Below, in pieces: positions 18,833-29,386 of a stretch of 64,000 bases of DNA. Numbering within the stretch: the first letter of the stretch is position 1; the number at the start of each line of letters is the position of its first letter. Under the pieces are notes generated by a model. That model saw only the letters and a program-made list of their open reading frames with translations. It did no database searches and was not told the DNA's origin. The stretch is taken from NCBI GenBank assembly GCA_963753975.1, contig CAVWEH010000001.1, forward strand, positions 64,001-128,000, given 5' to 3'. Both the position numbers and the translations under genes were made by a program. The stretch comes from an uncultured delta proteobacterium (lineage in GTDB: Bacteria > Desulfobacterota > Syntrophia > Syntrophales > Smithellaceae).

Positions 18833-19645
18833 CATCAGCTCAGGACCAACTTCACACCAAGTTCCGATAAACTCTTGATCTTTTTCATTCAGTAACTTTT
18901 CAATCTCCTGGAACATCAATGAGTAATTGTAAAGATATAGTCCTGTACATATAAATAGGGCGTTGAGCATTGTATTCAAAATCCAATTTGAGGTCTTAAA
19001 GTCTGACTGTGACGTCTGTAAAAGGCTGCTACTTGTAGGATGTGCATATGATGAGAAGTAATTGTAACAGTTCTTAGAAAGTGGTTTTGAAAAGCCTGCT
19101 CTTTCCAATAATTCCCGTTTGCTCACAAAACACCATTTCCCTTCTTCCTCATATCTCTTTTTTTGTTTGCTGCTAAATGATTGGTACGACTTATGCCCTT
19201 GTAACTCATTCCAGATGCGATCAATCTCCTGCTTATTATTCTTCAGTTTCTCAGGATAATAGATTACGGTCAACCGTTGTTTATACATCAAACCTTCTCG
19301 AAACCAACTCCAGAATCTGAAGTATGTTTCTTGAAAATCGCTTGACTCTCTATAAATGTGATGAAATATGGCGAAGTTTTCTAAGCTCGCCCTGATTAAA
19401 ACCAATACTGAGGCTAACGCGGTCATTTCGTCCTCTCTGCTTTTATAGTATATTCGCAATCCTGGGGTTAATGTCTTAATTGAGATAAAATGAGTAAAAT
19501 ACTGCTTGAAAAATTCTTGTTTGTAGTAGTCCAACTTTACATAGTTCAAGGATTTTCCGTCAAGCTCCTCAAAAGATTTTGTAATCAATCCCTCAAACCA
19601 ATTAAACAGTATTTCTTTTTCCATTGAGAGATAAGCGAGATTCAT
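18827..19645 (-). CDS. Integron cassette protein, DUF5677-like
   Basis: 'LIRASLEN' and 'YNYFSSYAHP' motifs; stop codon inside the attC R'' box. Confidence 0.7.
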   Translation of the reverse strand: MNLAYLSMEKEILFNWFEGLITKSFEELDGKSLNYVKLDYYKQEFFKQYFTHFISIKTLTPGLRIYYKSREDEMTALASVLVLIRASLENFAIFHHIYRESSDFQETYFRFWSWFREGLMYKQRLTVIYYPEKLKNNKQEIDRIWNELQGHKSYQSFSSKQKKRYEEEGKWCFVSKRELLERAGFSKPLSKNCYNYFSSYAHPTSSSLLQTSQSDFKTSNWILNTMLNALFICTGLYLYNYSLMFQEIEKLLNEKDQEFIGTWCEVGPELMK

Positions 19646-19663
19646 TGTAGTGCAATCCTATAC

Positions 19664-19721
19664 ATATAATGACTGATTTCAGCGATGCGCTTGTTGTATC
19701 CGATGTAACGATTTGTTATGC
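19664..19721 (-). other. Degenerate attC site 5, preceded by a GTTAGAT core site at 19737-19731
   Basis: GCATAAC...ATTATAT (GTT changed to ATT), weak internal palindrome. Confidence 0.45.
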
Positions 19722-19851
19722 GCACTAAAAATCTAACGGGCACACAATGTAAACGCCAACGATTACAGATTGTAACCTAGCATAAAAATTAAAAATTTGA
19801 AAAATAAGGATTACAGGAAGAAATTTACTTATAGCAGGGGAAAGTCATATC

Positions 19852-20358
19852 TCAAAGCCCTTGTTTCTTATATTTCTGGGCTAGTTCAATATTAAATGCA
19901 GAGGTTATTGTTATATAATCTTTTTGTTCCTGAGATAGTTTGCCTTTCACTTTGGCAGGCACACCCGCGGCCAACGATTCTGCGGGGAATTTCGTTTCTG
20001 GAGCAACTACGGAGCCGGCGGCGATAATGCAATAGTCTCCGATTTCAGCATTATCTAGGACAGTAGCATTGTTACCTATCAGAACATTACTACCGATTTT
20101 CTTGCAGTGGACGACAGCTCCGTGTCCCACGACCGTATTGTCTCCAATAATCATATCTGTGGCACTGTGCACTACGCAATTATCTTCGATGCAAGTGTTT
20201 TTACCTATGGTTATCTTGGCAATATCTCCCCTGATGACTGCCCCTGGCCAGATGTTAGCATTTTCACCAATTTCAACATCGCCGGCGATATAAGCAGTCT
20301 CACTCACGAATGCAGAAGCTGCTATTTGAGGATTCTTGCCATTGAAATCTCTTATCAT
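19852..20358 (-). CDS. Gamma carbonic anhydrase family (YrdA/PaaY-like)
   Basis: Hexapeptide repeats, VIRGD, EDNCVVH, GHGAVVH, GVPAK. Confidence 0.9.
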   Translation of the reverse strand: MIRDFNGKNPQIAASAFVSETAYIAGDVEIGENANIWPGAVIRGDIAKITIGKNTCIEDNCVVHSATDMIIGDNTVVGHGAVVHCKKIGSNVLIGNNATVLDNAEIGDYCIIAAGSVVAPETKFPAESLAAGVPAKVKGKLSQEQKDYITITSAFNIELAQKYKKQGL

Positions 20359-20599
20359 GGTTTGGCTCTTTAATAAGATGTAACTTTTAATGCAGGGAGT
20401 ATAGAGAAAAACGGTCTTGCATGTCAATTTAATATTGACGACAAAATGTGGGTTGCGGATTGTGTTTATAACGGATTGAAAGTTTGCATGTACATGAAAA
20501 ATGTTAAACGCTCACTTACAGGAAGAAATGCATGCTGAAAATACCTACTACTGTTTAGTCTTGCGTATTTATAATAACTAAGAATTATGGATCGGAAGA

Positions 20600-20671
20600 G
20601 AGTAACAACGCAAATCAACCTTGAGGAGACCACGCAATGGGTTCCGAATAGGATGAATTTGCTTGTTGTGC
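20600..20671 (-). other. attC site 6
   Basis: Minus strand GCACAAC-AAGCAAATTCATCCT...AGGTTGATTTGCGTT-GTTACTC overlapping the 3' end of ORF 20615-21019. Confidence 0.65.
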
Positions 20672-21019
20672 GGAATTTATCTTTTTTCGTGCTTTACGAT
20701 CATTAAGCAAATATATGACCATAGGAACCATGAGACCCAACACCCATCCACAAGGAATACCAATATCTAGCGAAAGAATTGCCCACCCCTCGGTCTCGAC
20801 TTCATCAAAAGGGCCGACAAATAAGTATATTACTAGACCAACAATAAGAGTTGCTATGACTGGACAGGCGAAAGTCCACGCATAGACAATTTTACATCGA
20901 CTGACGGACTTAAAATAAAAACCGGCGATTAGTCCCGGAATGACAAAGACCACCACACTAACAGGAAAAATTAATAGGGGGTTCGGTATCGTGTATAGAA
21001 TGTCTAAAATATGTTCCAT
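20615..21019 (-). CDS. Hypothetical membrane protein (cassette-like)
   Basis: Three TM helices; C-terminus reads into attC. Confidence 0.6.
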   Translation of the reverse strand: MEHILDILYTIPNPLLIFPVSVVVFVIPGLIAGFYFKSVSRCKIVYAWTFACPVIATLIVGLVIYLFVGPFDEVETEGWAILSLDIGIPCGWVLGLMVPMVIYLLNDRKARKKINSAQQANSSYSEPIAWSPQG

Positions 21020-21492
21020 ATTTCATGCACAAATATTAATATACGTGCTTCGCTTTTTCCGGTGAAAGGAAAAACAAGGAAAACTTATTCAAGATTATTG
21101 GTTGAAATCAAGCATTATTTTCAAGGGTGACGTTTTGCTGACTACAGGAAGAAGCAAATAATACTTACACCTACTAATCCACAGTATTTAGCAGTCGTCA
21201 AAATTGAGGATTACTGGTTGAAAAAAAAGAGAGTAACGAGTGACCACTCACAAGCCCCGACTGGTTAGCGGCTTATTAGAAGCTACCTTGGAGGTAGAAC
21301 CTCATATGTAAACATAACGCCATCATCATAATATTGATGAGCATGATACTTCCTGTTGCTTTTTATTGAAATAGATGCAAGGAATAACTTTCCAACATAC
21401 TTGTCAGTTACTTGGAACGTAGCTAAAAAATCTGTAAGAATAATATTAACAAGAAGAATGCGATTGACAATACGTTTTGGGAAATGCAGGCT

Positions 21493-22386
21493 TTATTTTG
21501 TATCTGCAATATCGATATACTTGGCATCAGGCCAGCGAAGTAATCCCATTATCAGGTGATACAATACGAAAAGCTCCATCGAAAAGGGAATGTAGCCGCA
21601 ATAGCCCAAGAGCGGCATCTCAAATATGTGCCAGAAATCAATATAGGGAATCGTGTATATCCACTTGGGGTATGACCAGAAATTCCACATTTCCCAAAAG
21701 AAGCCGCAGATGAGACTGCCCAGCCACAGAGATACAATGGGCCGCCAGTCGCCACGTTTTGTAAAATCAGTAATAGAGGGGTATTTGAGGATGATATTAA
21801 TCGGCTCAATGATAAAGAACACGGAAAGCCACATTAAAGGAAAAAAATATCGGGGCCATGCCAGAAGAACTGCGATCATCGAGGTCCCGAAAAGAAAAGA
21901 TGATACAATGGTTCTGCGAGTGGGATAAATCTTTGGCCCTTCACTGAATCTTCGTACACAGGAGAACGTACCGACTAACTCAGCGGTGCCAAAAAGGGCC
22001 GGCATGACCGTAGAAAAACTTACTGTAGCAAAAAGTGTATATTGAAGATTAGTGAAGCAATCACGACCCAGGTAGTGCCAGTTTTGTACCCGCCAGTTGA
22101 GAGCTTCAAAGAGCCACCAGGCAGGAACTGAAACGATAAATAAGCTCATAAACCACCAGATGTTTTTTCCCTCCTTGAAGCTACGCATCAGCAAGGATGT
22201 GCCCTTTCTCATCAGGACAAGTGCATCCACAACCAGAATGTAACCAAGCCATAAAGGAAAAAAGAGAAGGTGAGTGCGCAGCCCTGAAAAAAACCAGTTT
22301 GCAGGCCAGGCAAAGCTAATGAGGAAGAGGCCGATCCAGCCATGCACAGCAAAATCTTTCACGGAAATAAAATGTTTCATAGTCAT
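21493..22386 (-). CDS. Conserved-type hypothetical polytopic membrane protein
   Basis: Multiple TMs; WWLFEALN..NWHY and GFFWEMWN..KWIY...EMPLLGY repeated motifs. Confidence 0.75.
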   Translation of the reverse strand: MTMKHFISVKDFAVHGWIGLFLISFAWPANWFFSGLRTHLLFFPLWLGYILVVDALVLMRKGTSLLMRSFKEGKNIWWFMSLFIVSVPAWWLFEALNWRVQNWHYLGRDCFTNLQYTLFATVSFSTVMPALFGTAELVGTFSCVRRFSEGPKIYPTRRTIVSSFLFGTSMIAVLLAWPRYFFPLMWLSVFFIIEPINIILKYPSITDFTKRGDWRPIVSLWLGSLICGFFWEMWNFWSYPKWIYTIPYIDFWHIFEMPLLGYCGYIPFSMELFVLYHLIMGLLRWPDAKYIDIADTK

Positions 22387-22595
22387 TCAGATTTCATGAC
22401 CTTCGACACACATTTGCTATACGATTAATCCGCAACGGTGTAGATCTTTACACTGTTCAGAAACTAGGTAGATGGAAGACAGTAACGATGGTTCAGCGGT
22501 ACGCCCATCATCACCCGGAAAGTCTGAGAGCTGCTATTGAAATGATTGATGAGATCAAAGAGCCGATTATCACAAATTTATCACAATCAGTCTAA
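22383..22595 (+). pseudogene. Tyrosine recombinase/phage integrase C-terminal remnant (absent from ORF track)
   Basis: Translates FRFHDLRHTFAIRLIRNGVDLYTVQKLGRWKTVTMVQRYAHHHPESLRAAI; in-frame TAG immediately upstream; ends 50 bp from tRNA-Leu 3' end. Confidence 0.85.
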
Positions 22596-22644
22596 AAACG
22601 AAAAAATTTTTATAACGCTAAACGTAGAAAACCCTTGATTCTAC

Positions 22645-22731
22645 TGGTGCCGGAGGTCGGAATCGAACCGACATGTCCTTGCGAACGGGGGATTTTGAGT
22701 CCCCTGCGTCTACCAGTTTCACCACTCCGGC
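22645..22731 (-). tRNA. tRNA-Leu(CAA)
   Basis: GCCGGAG...GGGGA-CTCAAAA-TCCCC, long variable arm, TTCGATT, ACCA end. Confidence 0.97.
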
Positions 22732-22741
22732 ACGGGCAGCG

Positions 22742-22769
22742 ATTATATAGTCGGCAGAAAGAAAGTCAA
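22742..22769 (-). promoter_or_regulatory. Sigma70 promoter of tRNA-Leu
   Basis: TTGACT-16 nt-TATAAT on minus strand. Confidence 0.7.
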
Positions 22770-22836
22770 GCTAAAATCTGTTGACAAGCAATTAATGCCT
22801 GTGTTAAGGGGGCTGCACAATTTATCAAGGCGTATT

Positions 22837-22912
22837 GGGGCTGTAGCTCAGCTGGGAGAGCGCTTGAATGGCATTCAAGAGGCCAGCGGTTCGATCCCGC
22901 TCAGCTCCACCA
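22837..22912 (+). tRNA. tRNA-Ala(GGC)
   Basis: GGGGCTG...CTTGA-ATGGCAT-TCAAG...TTCGATC...CCACCA; G3:U70. Confidence 0.97.
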
Positions 22913-22949
22913 ATAATTAAAGAGAAGGGTTAGTTTTGGCACTTCCCTT

Positions 22950-23182
22950 TTAGTGAGACTCAAGTTTCAGGAACGAAGTGAACTGAAACTGCAAGTGAAA
23001 TCAATGAAACTCAAATTTCCAAAACGTAGTGTATGGAAATTTGCTAGTTGAATTGATCCCGCGAGCGAAGCGAGTAGGGATTAATGACACATCTCTTTTT
23101 CAGGAACAAAGTGAATAACCTAATAACCTGAAGGTCACAAGAGGTCACTCATGCTGAAACTTGCTAGTTGAATTGATCCGCC
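22950..23182. repeat. Composite REP-like element (copy 4, three tandem units)
   Basis: Repeated ttgctagttgaattgatcc; hairpins agtttcag/ctgaaact and aaatttcca/tggaaattt; inverted match to 3491-3641. Confidence 0.8.
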
Positions 23183-23235
23183 ATACCTTACCTTAAAGGA
23201 CACACGTAGGCGAAGGGTTCCATAGATACTTGTGA

Positions 23236-24834
23236 TTATAAATCTTTTGCTTCCTTTTTGATATTGATTCTTTTCTCCTTAATCATGGCCATTTTATTGC
23301 CCTCCAACCATGCCTGCATAGCTTCTTCTCTTTTGATGGAGGCAAATATCTTTTTATAGGAATCTTTTTTTGATTCAAAATCTTTCATATCCAGTTTGCT
23401 CAAATCCTTGAGCTTTAATACGACATAAGAATTATTGATGACCAACGGCCTTTCTGCGTACGGTTTCCGGATAGAAAGCTGATAAAGAGTTTCGGCCGCG
23501 TCCTGATTAAATCCCAACTTGGGGATTGTGTTGCCCGGCATAAAGAATCCCGTTTCATTAATTTTCAACCCTTTTTCTCGGGCGATTTTATCGAAAGATT
23601 CTCCCGATTTTGCCCGATCCAAAATCGTTTCCGCTTCCCTTCCGGCCAGCATATTCTTTTCGCTTTCAATAAAATTAGTTTTTACTTCATTTTCTATATC
23701 TTTGAGTTTCGGTAAATAAGCCGGTTTTTTATCGATAACTTTTAAAAGGTAATAACCGTTTTCAGCAACAATAATTTTACTGATATCGTTTTTCTGCATA
23801 TCCAAAAGCACAGCGGCAAAATCTTTCAGAGAGGCAAATTCTTTCGGTGGTTTATTAAGAGGAAAAAATTCCACATTATAAATCTTTAAATTATTTTTAT
23901 TGCTATAGACATCAAAATTATCTTCTTGGTAGATAATGTCATGAGCCTTTTTGGCTTCTTTGTAAGCGTTTTGCATTCCTCTTGTTTTTTTGAATTCTTT
24001 GATGATGATATTCCTGGCATCGGTCAGCGATAATTGTTTGCCGTCCTTTTTTCTATACTTGTCTCTGTCGCGATTGTAATAATCACGGATATCGGAATCG
24101 CTGATACCGCCCGGTGAATATGCATCAGAGGAAAAATATAGATATTTAATTTTTACCTGTTCGGGACGGCGAAATAAGTTGCTGTTGTTACTTAAATAGT
24201 TTTCCAATTCCGCCGACGTGGGCGTGATTTTCTTGTTCACGTTTTTACCGGAAATTTGCACAAAATTTACGTTGATTTTTTGATTTTGTAAAACGTAAAT
24301 GTCGTAAATTTCCTTGTCGGAAACCTTAATGCCTTCGCGAATAATTGCTTCAATTTTACTGGCCATTAGGTTAACTTTTTGTTGAGCTTCAAAATCTTCG
24401 GCAGAAGATCTGTTATAGCGCAGCATTTGCCGATATTTGCGTTCATCAAACACTCCGTTTGTTTGCAGAGCCGGTATATTTAAAATCATATTTCTTAATT
24501 CTTCATCGGAGACCTGAACCTTTAAATCCGCGGCTTTGGCAATGATAACTTGCTGGTTAATCAGGCTATTGTATGCCCTTTGTTTAAGATCCATTTTCTG
24601 CAGTATCTCCGGAGAAAGATTTGCGCCGTAACGTATTTTCACCATATCCAGTAATTTTTCGTATTCATTGCGAAATTCTGTTTCGGTGATTGTTTTTCCG
24701 TCAATTATGGCTATTACATGTGCCGAATCTCTGCCTCTCGTTGAACCGAAATAAAGGACAAAAACGAAAATGATTACTCCCAGTATGATGTACATTACCC
24801 AACTGCGCGCGTTTCTACGCAAAAATCTCAGCAT
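23236..24834 (-). CDS. PpiD/SurA N-terminal domain periplasmic folding chaperone
   Basis: MLRFLR..N-terminal TM, 'VSDEEL...IPALQTNGVFD..Y', rotamase-like repeats. Confidence 0.85.
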   Translation of the reverse strand: MLRFLRRNARSWVMYIILGVIIFVFVLYFGSTRGRDSAHVIAIIDGKTITETEFRNEYEKLLDMVKIRYGANLSPEILQKMDLKQRAYNSLINQQVIIAKAADLKVQVSDEELRNMILNIPALQTNGVFDERKYRQMLRYNRSSAEDFEAQQKVNLMASKIEAIIREGIKVSDKEIYDIYVLQNQKINVNFVQISGKNVNKKITPTSAELENYLSNNSNLFRRPEQVKIKYLYFSSDAYSPGGISDSDIRDYYNRDRDKYRKKDGKQLSLTDARNIIIKEFKKTRGMQNAYKEAKKAHDIIYQEDNFDVYSNKNNLKIYNVEFFPLNKPPKEFASLKDFAAVLLDMQKNDISKIIVAENGYYLLKVIDKKPAYLPKLKDIENEVKTNFIESEKNMLAGREAETILDRAKSGESFDKIAREKGLKINETGFFMPGNTIPKLGFNQDAAETLYQLSIRKPYAERPLVINNSYVVLKLKDLSKLDMKDFESKKDSYKKIFASIKREEAMQAWLEGNKMAMIKEKRINIKKEAKDL

Positions 24835-25023
24835 AAATTCACCTCGAAAGGATAATTAGTTTTACCCGCTAGCAACTAAGACTCGCGTTTTTCTATTACA
24901 GTCACTTATAAAAAGCAAACATAATTTAAAAAGGCGTTGATTAGGGCCAGGAAATACGGTATAGAAAAAACCTTCGCCAAAGAGCAAATTATATCATTTC
25001 GTGTAAAAAAGACTGGAGGATAA

Positions 25024-26061
<1,038 letters not shown>

Positions 26062-26155
26062 AAGTATCTGGTGATAAAATGGGCTCTCTATACCTTCATA
26101 TACGGTAATCAGCGTTTGCAGTGGTTTTATGATTATTTCCCTATTCGGGTAAAAA

Positions 26156-26983
26156 ATGTTTTTTTTAAGAAATTATAGGACTGTTATTTTTGTTACTGCT
26201 CTTCTTATCGTAGCCCTGGTTATGCTATCCTACGGCGTTAAGTATGATACAGGCGGAGGATTTTTCAGAAAAGTCGTGCTAGAAGCAACCGCGCCCGTGC
26301 AAAAAGTTTCGAGTATTTCCGTCAAAAGTGTAAGTGATGCCTGGCTGCGCTATATTTTTCTTGTCGGTCTGGAAGAAGAAAATAAAAATTTAAACAAAAA
26401 AATTAATGAACTCAAAGCGGAAATTGTTTTATATGAAGAAGGTTATCTGGAGGCGCAGAGACTCAGGAAACTTCTCGCTCTTAGAGATGATTATAATTAT
26501 CGTTTTGTTTCCGCCGAGGTTATCGGTAAAGAGCAGGCTGCCCTATCCAAAACGATATTGATCAACAAAGGCACCTCTGATGGCCTCAAAATAGGCATGC
26601 CGGTTATGGCGCCTCCCGGATTAGTCGGCCGCTTGATTGATGTTTCCTGGCATGTTTCCAAAGTACTGCTGCTTATTGATGAAAACAATAATATGGGCGC
26701 CATGTTACAGAGAACGCGAACACAAGGAATTGTCAGCGGTGCAGGCTCCCGCGGATGCATTTTAAAATATATTTACAAAAATCAAGATGTTAAAGAAGGG
26801 GATCCCGTTATTTCATCCGGCATGGGGGGTATATTCCCCAAAGGTTTGTTAATCGGCAAGGTCAGTTATGTCCAAAAGCAAGATGCCGGGCTATTTTTGA
26901 AAATTAATATTGCTCCATTTGTTGATTTTGCCAAATTGGAAGAAGTTTTGGTCTTAGCTTCCGCGGAACAGGGAAGTAAATAA
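26156..26983 (+). CDS. mreC: Rod shape-determining protein MreC
   Basis: TM, coiled coil, INKGTSDG, GLVGR, SGMGGIFPKG; synteny. Confidence 0.95.
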   Translation: MFFLRNYRTVIFVTALLIVALVMLSYGVKYDTGGGFFRKVVLEATAPVQKVSSISVKSVSDAWLRYIFLVGLEEENKNLNKKINELKAEIVLYEEGYLEAQRLRKLLALRDDYNYRFVSAEVIGKEQAALSKTILINKGTSDGLKIGMPVMAPPGLVGRLIDVSWHVSKVLLLIDENNNMGAMLQRTRTQGIVSGAGSRGCILKYIYKNQDVKEGDPVISSGMGGIFPKGLLIGKVSYVQKQDAGLFLKINIAPFVDFAKLEEVLVLASAEQGSK

Positions 26984-26985
26984 CA

Positions 26986-27525
26986 ATGCTTTATTATTTA
27001 TCGCTCCCCTTTTTATCAATATTACTGGTAGTAGTGCAAACAACTATCGCCGACATAATATTTTCCGGCCGTCTGGTGGTAGAATTATCTCTAATTGCTG
27101 TCATTTACGCCGGATTCAGGCTTGATTTAATCAGGGGATCAATCTTCGCCTTCATTCTTGGGTTTGTATTTGATTGTGTCGCGGGTTCGGTAATCGGATT
27201 ATTTACTTTTGTTTATGTAGTCATTTTTCTATGCTCATTTCTTGCTTCTTTCCGGATGGCTGCCGAAAAAATGTATTTCATTGCCTTGTTTAGTTTCATT
27301 TGTGCTTTCCTGGAGGAAATTTTGGTGATCTTGTTTTATAATATATTTTTTAAATTTGATATATTGGCAAATATTCCTTTTATTTTTTTACCGCAGGCCT
27401 TAGTGGTGGGCCTTGTTGCACCAGTATTTTTTTATCTGATACATCGGTTAGAGGTATTGCTCTATGGAAAACCGCTTAAACTTGCTGAACGGACAGGAAA
27501 CGTCCGAATTTCGGCAGAAGTTTAA
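26986..27525 (+). CDS. mreD: Rod shape-determining protein MreD
   Basis: Hydrophobic protein between mreC and mrdA. Confidence 0.85.
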   Translation: MLYYLSLPFLSILLVVVQTTIADIIFSGRLVVELSLIAVIYAGFRLDLIRGSIFAFILGFVFDCVAGSVIGLFTFVYVVIFLCSFLASFRMAAEKMYFIALFSFICAFLEEILVILFYNIFFKFDILANIPFIFLPQALVVGLVAPVFFYLIHRLEVLLYGKPLKLAERTGNVRISAEV

Positions 27526-29347
27526 AATCTTTTTCATTTTATTGTTGATCATCTTCTCCGTTTTGTTGATCAGGCTTTGGTATCTACAAGTTATCAAGGG
27601 AGGAGAATTGAAGCAAAAATCGGAAATAAATTCCGTTCGTTTTCGTAAAATTACACCTTTGCGCGGCCTGATTATGGATAGAAACGGACGCTTGCTGGTG
27701 GATAATCTTCCTTCCTTTGATGTCGTTTACATACCCGGTAAAGTGAAAGATCAAGAGCAGTTAATCGAAAAACTCAAAATCCTGTATAAAAAGAAATCCC
27801 TCCAATTTGTTCTTGACCAACACTTTCCCAAAATAGTGAAACCATATTTGCCGATAAAATTGGAAAAGAACGTGGGTATGGAAAAAGTTGCCTTGGTGGA
27901 AACCAATTCCATGGATCTGCCGGGCGTCTACATAGATGTTTCACCCGTCCGCTTATATCTCAATGGAGAGATGATGGCACCGGTAATTGGCTATACAGGG
28001 GAAGCCAGCAAAGAGGAGTTGGAAGAAGGTGATCAAGAATACACTTACGGCGATATTTTAGGAAAACATGGCGTGGAAAAAGCCCTTGACGCCTATATCC
28101 GCGGCCGCAACGGCGCGGAGCTGGTGGAAGTAAATGCTTACGACAAAGAAATAAAAAATTTGGGTCGAATCGAACCTGTCCCCGGTTATAATGCCGTGTT
28201 GACCATCGATGCTGATTTGCAGAAGGCTGCCTGGCAAGAATTTAAAGGAAAAGCCGGCGCGGCGGTTGTCTTGGATCCACGCGATGGTTCGGTATTGGCC
28301 ATGGTGAGTTCCCCTTCCTTCGATCCTCATTTATTCAATAGCGGGATTTCTTACAATCAATGGGATAAACTGCAAAACAGCCCGCTGGCTCCTATGTCCA
28401 ACAGGGCGATATCCGGTCAATATCCTCCTGGTTCGACTTACAAACTAATAGTTGCCGCCGCTGCTTTGGAAGAGGGCATCATCACCCCCGACACAAAATT
28501 CTTTTGTAACGGATATTTTAAAATGGGTAATAAAACCTTTCGTTGCTGGAAAAAGACCGGGCACGGTTATATAAGCCTGCATAGGGCCATTGTCGAATCA
28601 TGTGATGTCTATTTTTATAATGTCGGCAAATTGTTGGGCCCGGACAAGATAGCAAAATACGCCAAGCTTTTTGGTTTAGGAGATGCAAGCGGCATCGATT
28701 TACCCAACGAAAAAAACGGAATTGTGCCGACGGAACAATGGAAATTGGCTAGAGTGCAAGAGCCCTGGCAGCCCGGTGAAACTATATCCATAGCCATCGG
28801 GCAGGGCTACGATTTGGTTACCCCGCTGCAGTTGGTTAACGCTTACAGCTCTTTTGCTAACGGGGGTACAGTATGGCAGCCGCGTTTAATAAAACGTATC
28901 GAATCAATAGACGGTAAGACCTACAAAGAATTTCCGCCGGTAAAAATCGGAAATCTTACCTTAAGCAAGAAAACCTTCGATATTTTGAGCGAGGCCTTAT
29001 GGGGTGTAGTGAATGAGCAGGGCGGTACCGGAGGAGCTGCCAGGATACTGAATGCTGACGTTTGCGGCAAGACCGGAACTGCACAAGTTATCAGCTTACC
29101 GGAAAATGAAAGAGGGCGCCGCCAGAGAAAACCCGGTGTTTTGATAAAAGATCACGCTTTGTTTGTCGGTTACGCGCCATTAAAAAATCCGGAAATAGCT
29201 GTCGCGGTAGTTGTGGAAAATGCCGGTCATGGCGGTTCGGTTGCTGCTCCGATCGCCCGTAAGATTTTTGAAGCTTATTTTGAAGAAAAAGCAAAACAGC
29301 CGAAAGTTACGGCGCAAAACCTAACAGCAAATAAACTAAATCCGTGA
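27464..29347 (+). CDS. mrdA: Penicillin-binding protein 2
   Basis: STYK, SCD, KTGTAQ transpeptidase motifs; RGLIMDRNG. Confidence 0.95.
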   Translation: MENRLNLLNGQETSEFRQKFKIFFILLLIIFSVLLIRLWYLQVIKGGELKQKSEINSVRFRKITPLRGLIMDRNGRLLVDNLPSFDVVYIPGKVKDQEQLIEKLKILYKKKSLQFVLDQHFPKIVKPYLPIKLEKNVGMEKVALVETNSMDLPGVYIDVSPVRLYLNGEMMAPVIGYTGEASKEELEEGDQEYTYGDILGKHGVEKALDAYIRGRNGAELVEVNAYDKEIKNLGRIEPVPGYNAVLTIDADLQKAAWQEFKGKAGAAVVLDPRDGSVLAMVSSPSFDPHLFNSGISYNQWDKLQNSPLAPMSNRAISGQYPPGSTYKLIVAAAALEEGIITPDTKFFCNGYFKMGNKTFRCWKKTGHGYISLHRAIVESCDVYFYNVGKLLGPDKIAKYAKLFGLGDASGIDLPNEKNGIVPTEQWKLARVQEPWQPGETISIAIGQGYDLVTPLQLVNAYSSFANGGTVWQPRLIKRIESIDGKTYKEFPPVKIGNLTLSKKTFDILSEALWGVVNEQGGTGGAARILNADVCGKTGTAQVISLPENERGRRQRKPGVLIKDHALFVGYAPLKNPEIAVAVVVENAGHGGSVAAPIARKIFEAYFEEKAKQPKVTAQNLTANKLNP

Positions 29348-29386
29348 TTATTACATGTCTGGTGTTTATAATATTCAGGAGAACCG

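Noticed and set aside
22383..22595. Integrase fragment as the integron integrase of the attC array
   Set aside because: Motifs (HDLRHTFA, GRW, RYAH) and position at a tRNA 3' end fit phage/ICE integrases better than IntI
22950..23182. Tandem repeated units as a CRISPR array
   Set aside because: Units are degenerate, irregularly spaced and dispersed elsewhere; no unique constant-length spacers or cas genes
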